DNA of 64,000 nucleotides from NCBI RefSeq assembly GCF_006345805.1, contig NC_043000.1, positions 80,662,001 through 80,726,000 on the forward strand, written 5' to 3'. Origin of the DNA: Octopus sinensis. Lineage: Eukaryota. The notes below the pieces were generated by a model. That model did no database searches and was not told where the DNA came from. It was given only the letters and a program-made list of their open reading frames with translations. This document shows positions 35,073 to 48,856 of the stretch, in pieces (position 1 is the stretch's first letter; each line of letters starts with the position of its first letter). The translations under genes and the position numbers were made by a program.

Positions 35073-36560
35073 TAACAGGGATACCCGGTGTTGCCCATGT
35101 TACATGCAATTGAAGAATTAGACTTTTCTGTTATATTTTCTCTAATGAACTGGATTCGAATTTAATCAAAATTGCAGATGAGGGTTCATTCCCTCTTTAT
35201 ACATCCTAAAAAAATTCTAATCATGACATATGTATCCCACACTACTGATGTTTATGCACAGATTCCAAAATTGCAGTTATACAGAACCTGTTAAAAGGAT
35301 TTTGCTGCAGAAAAATAGAGGTCATTGAGCTCTAAAATGTGAGAGTTAAGGCCCCTATTAGGGGTGGGTGTCTTAATGTCAACCAGAGAAGTTGAATTGT
35401 TGAGCATCTTTTTAACTTGGTTATGTTCACTGGGTTTGTAAAAGAGAGCAAAGCTACAGGAAACGAAAAGACGAATGATCACAATAAGCAGTCAGCTACC
35501 CTACCCTAGTCGTTACCACTCCCAATGTCGGATTTCTCACCATACAGGTCACAGGCACAGCCATAAGATGCATTATGGATCAATAGCAATTGGAAGGGCA
35601 TGACCCAACTGAAATAAACATTATCAACTGTGTGATGTGAGGGCTAAGGAGAAATGAAAGTGTCACTTCTGGAGTTTGTAAATGACCACTATACTGATAG
35701 GTAACTGGACAGAATAAATTTACAATTTATGAATGTCTTTCAATAACCAGTCACTCATCTGGGAAGGCCTTGAAATCAATGTTACCATCGAGGGAATATG
35801 TGTGAGCCATTGATAATAAAAAGACTCAGAGGAGGTCTGCAACCAAATAACTTTACAAACACTTTGCAACTGAATCAGTGGAGGCAAAGATGCCTCTCAT
35901 TTATTTGACAATTAATGCACCACATTGCAGAAATCACAATCTAAGTATATCTGAAAGCAAGCTGTTACACTGTCGTACCATTGAATTACAAATAATACTC
36001 ATCTTTTATGTTTGGGTGACCCTACAGCTTCCAAGAATACAACTGTATTCATCTTTGCTTAGATAAAATGACAAAATTGTGGGTGTGAAGTCCCCATGAA
36101 GGGGTCTTTGTAACTTCTAAGAAGATGAAATTTTAAAAATATTACTTCATTTGTGTCTAATATCTATAGTTAAAATTTCATCAACAGCAAAATTATATGA
36201 ATTTTCCTGGGGGTTATGGCCCTTATGCATAGAATATAATTTCCAAATTTCATAAAGATCCATTCAGTAGTTTTGACCTAGTTTTAGATCATAAAAAAAA
36301 TTACTAAAATTTGGGAGCTAAGGCCTCCATTAGGGGTTCTTAGAATCCTCATGCGAAGTGGAAACTTTGAGAATACTTCTTGATGTATGTCAATTACCCA
36401 TGTTTGAAATTTCCTCAACGAAAGGGTTCTGCCCCCTCTAAGCTATCTAAAATTCAAACCAAACATATTACATTATACCCGCCCATATGCATTGAATGTA
36501 AATTCCAAATATCATAAGGATCCATTTAGTAATTTTGGTCCATGAAATTGTATGAAACAC
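35072..36560 (-). mobile_element. Older non-autonomous Helitron-like element; 3' end recognisable, 5' end lost
   Basis: Minus strand catgggcaacaccgggtatccctg-TTAG|T (degenerate hairpin and CTAG); repeated ccaaat.tcataa.gatccatt.agta.ttttg units at about 36243 and 36505. Confidence 0.55.
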
Positions 36561-36888
36561 ACAGCATTAACCTTCTAACGTTAAAAGCACCATCCGAACG
36601 TGGTCAAAGCCAGTACCACCTGACTGGCTCCCATGGTGGTGGTACATAAAATGCACCCAATACACTCCAGCTGTAGAAACATTGCCGGACCTGATTGGAG
36701 CCTGGTGCAGCCTCCTGGCTTGCCAATCACCAGTCAAACCCACCAACCCATGTCAGCATGGAAAACAGACATTAAATGATGTTGATGATGATGATGTATA
36801 TGTAAGTGTGTGTGTGTATGTGCGTGTGTATATGCATGTATATATGTATATATAAATGTATATACATATATATGTATATATATATGTG

Positions 36889-36978
<90 letters not shown>

Positions 36979-37364
36979 AATCTTTAGTTAAATATGTTCT
37001 ATAAGAATATTATATACTGAATTAACAGTAAGTGCCCATTTTTACATTTCATACAAACACCATTTTCCCATATAACTTCATATTTAAAAAAAAAAAACTA
37101 CTATTCGATAAATTATAAAAACTTCACATTTTACATCTTTGAGGAGCAGAAGTATTGTCTATAAATGTTTATCAATATAGGATTCCATTATAAAGACAAT
37201 ACTGTTGTGAAACTACCATAAGAAGCTTTAAAAACTTAATTTTAAACTATTAAATTTTAAAACTGTCATATTATTATTATTATTATTATTATTATCATTA
37301 TTATATATTTATGCTTATACATATTTACATATATTTTTAATACAATAATTATTCTACAGATGTA

Positions 37365-37582
37365 TACTCTTTACTCTTTACTCTTTTACTTGTTTCAGTC
37401 ATTTTGACTGCGACCATGCTGGAGCACTGCCTTTAGTCGAGCAAATCGACCCTGGGACTTATTCTTTGTAAGCCCAGTGCTTATTCTATCGGTCTCTTTT
37501 GCCGAACCACTAAGTGACGGGGACGTAAACACACCAGCATCGGTTGTCAAGCAATGCTAGGGGGACAAACACAGACACACAA

Positions 37583-37639
<57 letters not shown>

Positions 37640-37804
37640 TACGACAGGCTTCTTTCAGTTTCCGTCTACCAAATCTACTCACAAGGCATTGGTCGGCCCG
37701 GGTCTATAGCAGAAGACACTTGCCCAAGATGCCACGCAGTGGGACTGAACCCGGAACCATGTGGCTGGTTAGCAAGCTACTTACCACACAGCCACTCCTG
37801 CGCC
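37365..37804 (-). mobile_element. Major SINE, young subfamily, full length
   Basis: Reverse complement of the 20688-21087 family; (CTCTTTA)n tail. Confidence 0.92.
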
Positions 37805-37849
37805 TATATATCTTTCTGAAGAATTTTTCTGATATTATTTCACTGTATA

Positions 37850-37882
37850 TGTTTGTGTGTGTTTGTGTGTGTTGTGTGTGTG

Positions 37883-37923
<41 letters not shown>

Positions 37924-37979
37924 AATGTATATATACATATATATATATATGTGTATATGTATAATTTTATATTTATATG

Positions 37980-38053
<74 letters not shown>

Positions 38054-38076
38054 GCATGGGTATATATTTGTATATT

Positions 38077-38107
<31 letters not shown>

Positions 38108-38228
38108 ATATATATGTGTATATATATATATATGTATATATATATGTTATGTATGTATATGTATATATATATGTATATATATATATATATATGTATATAA
38201 TATGTATATATATATGTATATATATATG

Positions 38229-38289
<61 letters not shown>
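37850..38289. repeat. Long interrupted (TA)n/(TATG)n tract
   Basis: Direct inspection. Confidence 0.95.
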
Positions 38290-39160
38290 CAGTTCCACAA
38301 CCATCAGTTGAATTTGATAGATAAAATGCTTAAATAGTCTTGACTATTAATTCTGCCAGGAAGGGAAGCACTGGGCCAGCAGATTTCCAAGATATAGCCC
38401 CCCCCACCCCCACCCCCAGAACATCACTGATCCTTCTCCATGTTTAACAGTTGGAAGAAGGCAGTCTGGGTCAAATGCTTCTTTTGGCTGTCTCCACAGT
38501 ATACTTGGCCAGTGGTCAGAAATAATGTAAAGGATGACTTGTCCAGGAAAACAACATTCTTCCATTGTTCCAGGGACCAATTTTGTAGGCTTTTTATTTC
38601 ACTTCGGAACATTTGTTTTTGAAAGTAGTGGTTTTCTGATTGCAGCCCTCCCATGATATCTGGATTGTGCAGCCGCTGGCAATAATTTTGTCGAAATTGG
38701 GTTCTTGAGATGGTCATTAAGCTCTGCAGTAATTTTGGGAGTTGTACTTTTGGTGATCCTTTCTAACAATTTGCATATGAGTCCGACGGTCCCTATCTGA
38801 AAGTTTTGGTTTTCTTCTGGAGTTTTGTTTCGACAAGGAGGTTTTTCCCTCTTTCTCAAAGGCTGTTATTACTTTTGAGACAGTACTTCTTGATACACCA
38901 AACATTTCAGATGTTTTCATTATGTTAGCGCCTGCCATACAAGCACCAACAATTTGACCTCTTTGAAAGTCTTGATAGATCTCTAATTTTAATGAATTTT
39001 AATTACCTTTTTCTGATGATATCTGAAAAGAAACAGCAATTTTAGCAAAACATATTAAGCAACACTAATAATAAATAAAAAAAACATAAAAATAAACAAG
39101 CTTTTGATGTTTTTTTAGGTATTTCAAAATTATGATGCTATGATTTTAGGTGTTTCCATT
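38290..39160 (-). mobile_element. Tc1-family transposon fragment (truncated 5' TIR, HTH and part of the DDE domain)
   Basis: MAGANIMKTSEMFGVSRSTVSKV..GRAAIRKPLLSK..FDPDCLLPTVKHGEGSVMFWG; several frameshifts. Confidence 0.88.
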
Positions 39161-40040
39161 CTAGGTGGCTCAAGAGAATTAAGGAACTCTGTTGGGTAAT
39201 GGACAGCTTGATTTTCGTCAAGGACTGAATCAACTGATTTGTACTTCTTAATGACTGTTAGAATCTTATTCATTAATTCATGGTTAATTCTTGCTACTGT
39301 CTCGTTTGTTTGGAGTAAGAATTGCTCTTTCACACAACCATTTATATGAATTATAATTATTACTTAAGTCTGGCAATACCCTGCTCTTTAATTCAGCTTG
39401 GGAATTCACCATGATAGCAACATGACCAAAACTGATATCACCATTCCTATCAAATGGTACTTTCTCATTTCCTTATTGGTGGAGCCAGGTTGAAAACTGT
39501 TTTGCACATTGGTCCCCGTGTAATGAAGCTCACATGTTAGTATTGAAGGAGAATTTCAGTACTTTATCCATAGGTGTGCAGACTTAATGCATGCTTGTAT
39601 TTCATCAGATCTTGTTAATCTCAGAATGTCTGTCTGAAGTCTCCTGATAAAACTAATATAACTCCTCCCATAGATTTATTGTTGCCTCTGATATCCTATA
39701 AGATCTTACCAAGAGCTTCCATTGCACCTCTATGTGACATGGTGCATTCATCCCAAATGATAAGGTGGCATTGGCACAACACTTCTGCTGAGCCTGAATC
39801 TTTGCTTATGTTACAAATTAAATTGTCATATGTGACCAAGTTTAGTGGTAATTTAAAAGCAGAATGAGCTGTTTGTCCTCCTGGGAGAATGGTGGCAGCA
39901 AAGCCTGACAATGGTACAGCAACTGCAAATTTTTTATTGTTGCCTAACTTTGGAGAGAAGCAATATTATTAATGTTTTACCTGTGTTACCAGGAGAGCAT
40001 CAAGAAAGAAAATTCGTCAGATTTTTTCTGACAATTGTAG
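39161..40040 (-). mobile_element. Helitron RepHel PIF1-like helicase fragment, decayed
   Basis: Walker A remnant (F.LDA.PG.TGKT), AATILPGGQTAHSAFKLPLNL..LIIWDECTMSH, and TNETVARINH..YKSVDSV..YPTEFLNSLEPP. Confidence 0.88.
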
Positions 40041-40048
40041 AATGCCAC

Positions 40049-40087
<39 letters not shown>

Positions 40088-40303
40088 ACACACACACACA
40101 CACACAGATACATATACATACAGTATCAAACATGAGATGAAATGGACGTGTGTATGTGTGAGAGAAAGAATGACAGACAGAGTAAGTGAAGGGATGTGTT
40201 GTCATGTATACGTACACACATACATAAATAAGGCATACATCGTTCTTGTATGTATGTGTGCGTGTGTGTGAGAGAGAGAGTGCCACTTAGACATCACTCT
40301 CTT

Positions 40304-40344
<41 letters not shown>

Positions 40345-42169
40345 TGCACATACATACAAAAAGATGTAGGCATATGTATTTATGTATGTATTAATACATG
40401 TCAATACACCCCTTCACTCACTCACACACAGACACTCACACCATACATAAATGTATTCAGATGTACATACAAAAACACGTGTGTGTGTGTGACTGACTAG
40501 AAATACATAGAGCTGAACATGGCATGAAAAAGAAAATTTTGTAAAATTTTTATGTAAATTAATGAAGTGTGCAAGTTCCAGCAAAATAATGCCCATATTT
40601 TTTGGACACCCCATGTTGAATTGCAAAATTTTAATATGATATTTGTGCAATAAAGAAATTAAACCTGGAGTGTGTGTGTGTGTGTGTATGTGTGTGTGTG
40701 TGTGGTGTGTGTGTGTGTGTGTGTGTGTGTTGTGTGTGTGTGTGTGTGTGTGGGCATGAGTGTGTGTGCATGTGTGTGTGCGTGTGTGCATGTGTGTGTG
40801 TGTGTGTGTGTGTGAAAGAGAGAGAGAGAGAACATTGCAAACAATGAATGAGATGGACAGGGAATGAAAAACTTGTATAAATAAAAGCACGTTGAAAAGT
40901 ATCTTATACCGAATATTTAAATTTGTGAATTTAGTAAATATTTCTTTCACTAATTTATCGTAGTTGTTTACAAATAGCGAATTAAAACTTGAAATGAAAA
41001 CATTAAAATTAGATAGGGAGAAAATTCACCGTTTTTATGTCAATACCAGTAGTTGACATTGACAAACCTTTTTAAAGAAGTGAATCTAATCTAATAATAT
41101 TCCAAGGTATATTTGTAGAGAATTTCATTAAAAAATACCCATTTTCTTGAAAGTTAAGATGAATTAAAGTAGACTCCAGTGAATTTTCAGAAATTCCCCA
41201 CCCCCTCCCAAAACACTTACCCCCAAAATGTAAAATAATCGAAATGGACATGATATAACATATATTTAAAAAAAATTTTATTGAAAAAATATCCATTTTT
41301 CTGAAAATTATGATCATCCAATTTGGGCGGGTGGGGGCAGAAATCTGTAGTTATGCCAATAAATTTGACACTTTCCTTCTATGCATGGTTATATATGTAT
41401 ACAGAAATACACGAGTGCAGAAGATTGTAAACAATGAAAATAACTTGGTAACGAAAATTAGGTTTCTTTATACAATGAGCAGAAAGTAAATAAGAAATTT
41501 TAACGGAAAATAAAGTATTGTACAGGTTGAAGGAAATTTGTCATTCAGTGAACCAAAGAACCAGTATCGAAGGAACCAGAAAGAAACTGTCAACAACAGA
41601 AAAACACAAAACCGTATAGATTGAAGTGAAATTAATGAAGATACTTCTGTCAGTAAATTATGAAATTACTTACATCAGTAATTGTGAACTTCTTTCTGTT
41701 AGTAATTAGTCATTGTTTGTTTGTAAATAGTGATTCAAAACTTAGACTTACAGTAAAAACAATAACATGGAAATTAAACAATGGCATATGAAAATTGAAA
41801 GTGAAAAGAATAATGTCTGGAAAATGAAAGTGAGAACAAGAGATATAGATAGAGAGATATGTTACCGAGAAATAGAGATATATAGAGAGAAATGGATAGA
41901 GAGATACACATAAAGAGATATATTATGTCACAGACACTAGAAAACCAGAAGTAAATATTTTAAAATATTTGAAAGACATGAAAGTAATATAAAAAGCAAT
42001 ATTTTTTATTTTTAATAAAAAATCAAATGAAGACCCTATTATATGTCCAAGGTAAAATTATTCATGCATCACAAGTATGGAAGTAATTGGTGAAGCCATT
42101 TTCACATGAAAAGTGAGTACACACACATCTCTATTTTATATATTAATACACACACATACACATATATAT

Positions 42170-42200
<31 letters not shown>

Positions 42201-42889
42201 CATACACACTTATATATATGAATATTTATACATATCTATCTATTTATTATTTATGTGTGTGTGTGCATTTATATATGCAGGTGCCATGTAAAAAGCACCC
42301 ACTGCACTCTGCATCATGGTTGGCATTAGGAAAGGCATCTAGCCATAGAAATCTTGACAAAATGAACAAATGATGTCTGGTGTAGCTCTCTGGCTTGCTA
42401 GCACCTATCAAGCCATCCGACTCATGCTAGCATGGAAAATGAAGATTAAATGATGACGACAACGACGGCAAGGAGGAGGAGGGGAGGCGGGGGAGGAGGA
42501 GGAGGAAGATATATGTATATATGTACACACATTTATTTTCCCAAATATTGATTTTTTGTAAATTGAAAATAGTGTCATAATTATCGATTTAAATGTGGTT
42601 TAAATTTTTCAAATTATATGTTGTTCAGTAGTATTTTGCATGTATTGATATCATAAGAATGGCTCAAAATTCAGCTGCATCATGATCTAAATGTTCACTG
42701 AGTGGAATTTTCCCTGCATCAGTTTATGCATTTGTCGTTCATGCATTTTGAAATCATTTGATCGAAATACTGTTTTGGAAAGATTAAATTACAAAAAAAA
42801 ACATTCTTCTCTTTAGACTTTTCTTTTGCATATCTTGTGCCTTTTTGAGAATATTTCTAAATTTCTTCGATAAATGAACATACTTCCAT

Positions 42890-43067
42890 GAGTGGCTGTG
42901 TGGTAAGTAGCTTGCTTACTAACCACATGGCATTGGGTTCAGTCCCACTGCATGGCACCTTGGGCAAGTGTCTTCTATTATAGCCTCAGGCCAACCAAAG
43001 CCTTGTGAGTGCACTTGGTAGATGGAAACTGAAAGAAGTCCGTTGTATATATGCATATATATATATG

Positions 43068-43131
<64 letters not shown>

Positions 43132-43345
43132 AATGTATGTTTGTGTGCCGGTGTTTGTCGCCCCAACATCACTTGATAACTGATGCTGGTGTGTTTGTGT
43201 CTCTGTAACTTAGTGGTTTGACAAAAGAGACCAATAGAATAAGTACTAGACTTACAAAGAATAAGTCCTGGGGCCGATTTGCTTGACTAAAGTCAGTGCT
43301 CCAGCATGGCCGCAGTCAAATCACTGAAACATGTAAAAGAAGAAT
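42890..43345 (+). mobile_element. Major SINE copy
   Basis: Full head, internal (TA)n and tail. Confidence 0.9.
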
Positions 43346-43862
43346 ATATATATATATATATCGATTAAGAAGACCCTTCAAACCAAGTGAAATCGTAGTT
43401 ATGGCTGATGCCTATGACATGTGAAAAGCACCTTTCAAGTGTTGGGCCTCATAAAGGCAATGTCGAATGCCCAAGACATTTGGTATTATGCCATACTTGA
43501 GAAGAAGACCAATCAAGCCAAATAAAATTACAGTCGTGGCAGATACTGGAGTCCTGCAAAAGGCACCCATGCCAGTGGCACGTAAAAGAATCCATTGCAC
43601 TCACGGAGTGGTTGGTGTTAGCAAGGGCATCCAACTGTAGAAACCATGCCAAATCAGACTGGAGTATGGTTCAGCCTTCCAGCTTGCCAGCCCTGGTTAA
43701 ACTGTCCAACCCATGCTAGCATGGACAACGGATGTTAAATGATGATGTTGAACAATGAGAATGAGTGCTCAACACCACATTGGTGGGTAAAGATTCTTAA
43801 AATATTTTCTCAAGATGAAACCAATGGTAGCCTAAGGCTTCAAATAAAGTATAATATATATA

Positions 43863-44495
43863 TCAGGTTGAGTAAAAAGTAAGCAATGTTTTGAACCATG
43901 AAGTATTTGTACCAGATTTTAGCAGAGTATTAAATTTGTTTTAAACATTTTTTTGCAGTTGTTTCATAAGACTTGCCCAAATGCATCAATAAACTAACGT
44001 TGACGTTTTTTCACTGTTGTTACAATCATCTGAAATAGAACTGTCAAAGAGCGATATTTGAGCAATTTTACTATTCAACTTCAAAAAAGGACATAAAGCA
44101 GCTGAAATTGCTTGTGATATCAATGGAACATTTGGTGAGGAAACGACCAGTGAGTGGTCAGCTCAAAAATGGTTAAAAGGATTTTGCAGTGGAGACCTGA
44201 GCCTTGAAGATCATGATTGTAGTGGACGCACATCTGTCATCGATGATGGTCAATTAAAGACAGTCATTAAGAAAGATCCATGTACAACCTTTCAAGAACT
44301 GGCAAAAGAACTTCAAGTTAGTCAGAAAACTGCCTGCAATCATTTTCATGTGATCAGAAAATCATAAAAGCTCGAGAAATGAGTAAACATAATTTGAATG
44401 AAAATCAGAAAATGTGCAGATATGAAATTTGCTCGTCGCTTCTTCTCCATAACCAGATCAATCCATTTCTCAACCCTATTGTTATTTGTAACAAT
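43863..44495 (+). mobile_element. Mariner-like transposon, 5' half (TIR plus N-terminal transposase), decayed
   Basis: TA|TCAGGTTGAGTAAAAAG; manual translation LSKSDI*AILLFNFKKGHKAAEIACDINGTFGE..KWLKGFCSGDLSLEDH..GR. Confidence 0.8.
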
Positions 44496-44499
44496 ATCC

Positions 44500-44583
44500 T
44501 CAGGCTGACCAAATCCTTCTAAGTGGATATTGTAGACTGAAACTGAAAGGAGCCTGTCATATGTATGTATGTATATATATATA

Positions 44584-44636
<53 letters not shown>

Positions 44637-44830
44637 GTGTGTGTGTGTGTGTGTGTCTTTGTGTCAGTGTCTGTCCCACCACCACTCGACAACCAGTGTT
44701 GGTGTGTTTACATCCCCATGACTTAGTGGCTCAGCAAAAAAGCACAATAGATTAAGTACAAAGCTCTTAAAAAATAAGTACTGGGGTTGATATAATCAAC
44801 TAAAAATTCTTCAAGGCAGTGCCCCAGCAT
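44500..44830 (+). mobile_element. Major SINE, partial
   Basis: aactgaaaggagcctgtc-(TA/TG)n-gacaaccagtgttgg..gccccagcat. Confidence 0.75.
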
Positions 44831-46164
44831 ATATACACAGACACACATAGTACGAAAAATACATGAAGATGATAAACAATAAAACAAGGTATATTAAGTT
44901 TCTACTCAGTAAAGAAAAATTAGAAGTCTTTTGTTTTGAACATAGGCTCTCTTACAGAAAGAATAGACAAAGAGAGAAAAAATAGAAAGAGCGAAAAACA
45001 AATGTCTCTCAGAGTCAGCACATGTGAAATAACCAGAAGAGTTGTGAATGACAAGGAAGACAGCTGTGAAGTTGACTTTAGGACTAAGTGGCAAGGGAGA
45101 CAATGGTGATCTGGTGTGTGTGTGTATGTGTGTGTGTGTGTGTGTCTGAAGTTAATGCATGTTTACACATATACGAGAGTGTGTCGTCATCATCCTCAAT
45201 ATCCATTTTTGATGCTGGGTTGGATGGTCTGACAAGAGCTGGCAAGCTAGAGGGCTGCACCAGGTTCCATTTGTCTGTTTGGTATGGTTTCTATGACTAG
45301 ATGCCTTTCCTAATGCCAACCACTTTACAAAGTATATTGAGTGCCTTTTACATGGTGCCAGAACATGCTTTTTACATGGTATCAGCACAGGTGCCTCTTA
45401 TGTGGGTCTGGCACAGGTGCTTATTTTATTGGGTGCTTTTCATATGAGGCTGGCATGGGTGCTCTTTATGTGGTGCCAGCTTGGGTGCTTTTTCTGTGAC
45501 ACTGGCAGAGGTACTCTTTACATGGTGCTGATATGGGTACTAGTTATGTCGCATCAGCATGGTGCTTCTTAAGGGGGAACTGGTCTTAACAGGTTACTGG
45601 CAGAGGTGTATTTCACATGGCACCAGTACCTCACTAAATGATTTGCAACACAACTGCAAAGAGTGGTCATGTGCCAGGTGAGAGATTGGAGTATTATAGA
45701 AGGTCAAGATAGCTGTCTTACTCGAGGGAAGATACTTGGTTACCCCTGCAGGACAAGTAAGTAAAGGGAGGTTGGAGAGACAGAGAGAGAGAGACAAAGA
45801 TAGAGACAGTCAGAGTGAAGGAAAGGGACCTACACACAGTGAACAGTGGGAGAGGAGTATAAGTAGCACAGAGGGGATAGAGGAGATGTACCATAAGAGT
45901 GTGAGGTGGGATATTTAAAGATAGTAAGTGATATTGAGAGGAACTGGAGGGGCCTGCAATGAGGGGTGGGGAGATTGTTGTGGGTGAGTTTTGTACACAA
46001 GTCTTAATGTTTTCCATTCTTCAATAGAAACCTTTTGTTACCAACAGAGGTGAACTTTTTCCAGCCTGTTCCTGGATTTAGTTGACAGAAACTGAAAGAA
46101 GCCCTTTGTGTGTGTGTGTGTGTGTTTGCCCTCCACCACCACTTGACAAATGGTATTTGTGTTC

Positions 46165-47006
46165 TGTAGCTTGCCAACAGATGGCTGTACATGGTTGTGT
46201 TCACAGTGAAAGCTAGCAGTAACCTTCATGAGTTAGTGTGTTGAGTGATATTGTTGTGTTTCACAAGTTGTGAAATTTGTGCTTTTGTGATCACATGTAT
46301 GCTGTAGTCTACAATTTTGTCATGGACAAGAACAAAGAGCCAACGTGAAATTTTGCATTAAACTTGGGAAGTCTGCTACAGACATTGAGCATGCTATGGA
46401 CAAGCTTATGGCAATGAGTCGTACACAATGTTTTAAGTAGCACAGGCACTTCAAAAGTGAAAGACCATCCCTGGAAGACAATGAGTGATCTTGAAGACAT
46501 GTCACGAACGTCACCATGGGAAATGTGGTTTTGTGCATTACGAATTCATCCTCCAAGACTAGACTGTCAATTGAGAGTTCTACTGTGATGTTTTGGAACA
46601 TCTGAGAAAGGACATTTGGCAAATGTGACCACATCTATGGAGCTCGAAGAATTTAGATTCTTGCCTGAGCACTCCTCACCCTTGTGTTTCTCATCAAAAA
46701 TAACACATCACTTCTGCTCCTGCCCTAATTCACCAAATTTAGTATCTACAGACTTCCATCTCTTCCCCAAGATGAAAATGTAACTCAAAGGTCACCATTT
46801 TAACACCATTGTCAAGATCCAGAGTAAATCACAGAAGGTCCTCAACTCATTTACAGAAAATTACTTCCAGGCTAGATTCCAAAAGTGACAGGAACACTGG
46901 GACCAGTTTATTGTTGTGCAATAAAGGAGATGATGTCAAAACATAGGTAAATATGTTATTTTTTATTATACATAAGTAGTCCAGGCCCATTTTGATACCA
47001 CCTCAT
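46165..47006 (+). mobile_element. Internally deleted mariner-like element (different family), right end retained
   Basis: aacgtgaaattttgcattaaacttgggaagtctgctaca (NVKFCIKLGKSAT); gacttccatctcttccccaagatgaaa (DFHLFPKMK); right end tttgataccacctca. Confidence 0.7.
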
Positions 47007-48040
47007 GACTTTTTGTGGGGATTCATCTTTATTAGCTTCCCATATTTTGTTGGGAACAGTAAAGTTCCTATGTCTATTGACCTTTCTAGACTTTGCTGTC
47101 CATCTCTTGCAGTTCCACTACGAATTAACTGCTATTTTTTGATAGGTATTGGTAAGAACAATAGGAATGATGTTGCTTTAAGGATGATGTAATTATTTCT
47201 GGGCTAAAAGACTTTACCAGTTTTTTTTTTAACCATTAACAGCAGGTTCCTTTCAGCAATCAAGAGCCAGTTCTAGTTTGCCTCAAGCAAATACTATTTT
47301 TGAGTAAAGTATTGTGATTCTTTTTTATCCTGTTCATATAGCTTCTTGTGTAGTCTTCTAATTTTAAAGCAATTCCACTTAAGATGGTTGTATTATCCTA
47401 TGTTTTTTCTGTTGAGTCTTGTTTTTACTTTATGTAAGATATATTTATTATAAATGCATCATAAGCTGCTAGAAATTTCATACTTGTATGGCAAACGAAA
47501 CGGTTTGAGTTTTGAAGTTTACAACATTCATACTTGCATGCAAATTTGAAAATTATATAAGTCAACCATAAACCTGAAAAAAAAAGAAGAAAACTGTTAA
47601 TGGTAACAGATACCAAATCACAAATCTTGTAATTTTTATATGATTCTTGCTTACTATAAACAATCAATAACAAATGTCATAGCTAACAACTTTGTCTAGG
47701 AGATAAAACCTCTGAACTTTGCTATTACTTATCATATATGCATGTATGTATGTGTGCATGAGTGTGTGTGTGTATGTGCATGCGTGTGTGTGCATGTGTA
47801 TTCCACCTGACTCATGTGAGCATGGAAATGTGAACACTAAAGTAATGATGAAAAAAATCATGATGATATGTGTGTCAGTGTGATTGTGTATGTGGTGTAT
47901 GTATATATCAGTAAATGGTTCCACTTTCCTTGGCTATATTTTAGCCTCATTTTCATATTCTGCCTCTCTCTCTCTCTCTCTTCCTTTCTCTCTTCCCCCC
48001 CTCTCTCTCGTTCTCACTCTCTCTTCCTTTCTCTCTTCCT

Positions 48041-48083
<43 letters not shown>

Positions 48084-48689
48084 GACACTTACACTGCTAT
48101 CCTTTCTCTCTTTCTTATTCCTGCCTATAATTCCTAAAGGTTTTAAATAAACATAGACCAACTAATTTCATGAATGCAAATTGTACTGAGGAGCCCATAA
48201 GAAGGGTGAAATAGCATTATCTACAACTACTAGGACATTTAAAAAGAATCAAAAATAAATTATATGGAAATATTATTTTATATGCTCTCTCACTGATAAG
48301 AAAAATAACTCTCATAATAATAATAAAAATAATAAAAATTCCACACCCTGAAGAGGTTCTCTTCTCTCAAAGGGAACCTTCACCCACTCTTCTGTTTCTT
48401 AGGAAATTTTGTCTCTCTTTCCCTCTCTTACTCCAAAAGCAACTGTAGGTGGCAGATCCAACAGTCCTCCGTCAATAATTTACCAAGTCTACATATTTAC
48501 ATTTACTGAGAATACAGCACCCTATTTCCTATTCTGTTACTACCACCTTCCCACTACCAACACATTCTCTATGTAAGTAAATAATGAGTGAGGAACTCTT
48601 TCTTGTGTTGTCCTGAAAAATATATCTAGTATACATGTTTGTTTGACAAATCAGTTATGATCAGAAGCTATGATCAGAAGCATCAGGGA

Positions 48690-48727
<38 letters not shown>

Positions 48728-48856
48728 TATTATTATTATTATTATTTACTTTTAATCTGTACGTTTGTTACAATTGATTGCCAAGACATGCCCAGCGTCC
48801 TAGGTCGAGTGAAGGATAAGAGATGTTACAGTATGACTGAAAGCTTGGGGCGGAGA

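Noticed and set aside
37850-38289. Frequent phase slips (TAA, TTA) inside (TA)n tracts as a hidden code
   Set aside because: Irregular and typical of slippage or sequencing indels in dinucleotide runs.
38398-38417. C-run array (G-quadruplex potential on minus) inside the Tc1 ORF
   Set aside because: A small slippage expansion in a dead transposase; no evidence of function.
48348-48380. CTGAAGA followed by a 9-bp stem (hammerhead-like)
   Set aside because: The required GAAA and stem III are absent; at best a relic.
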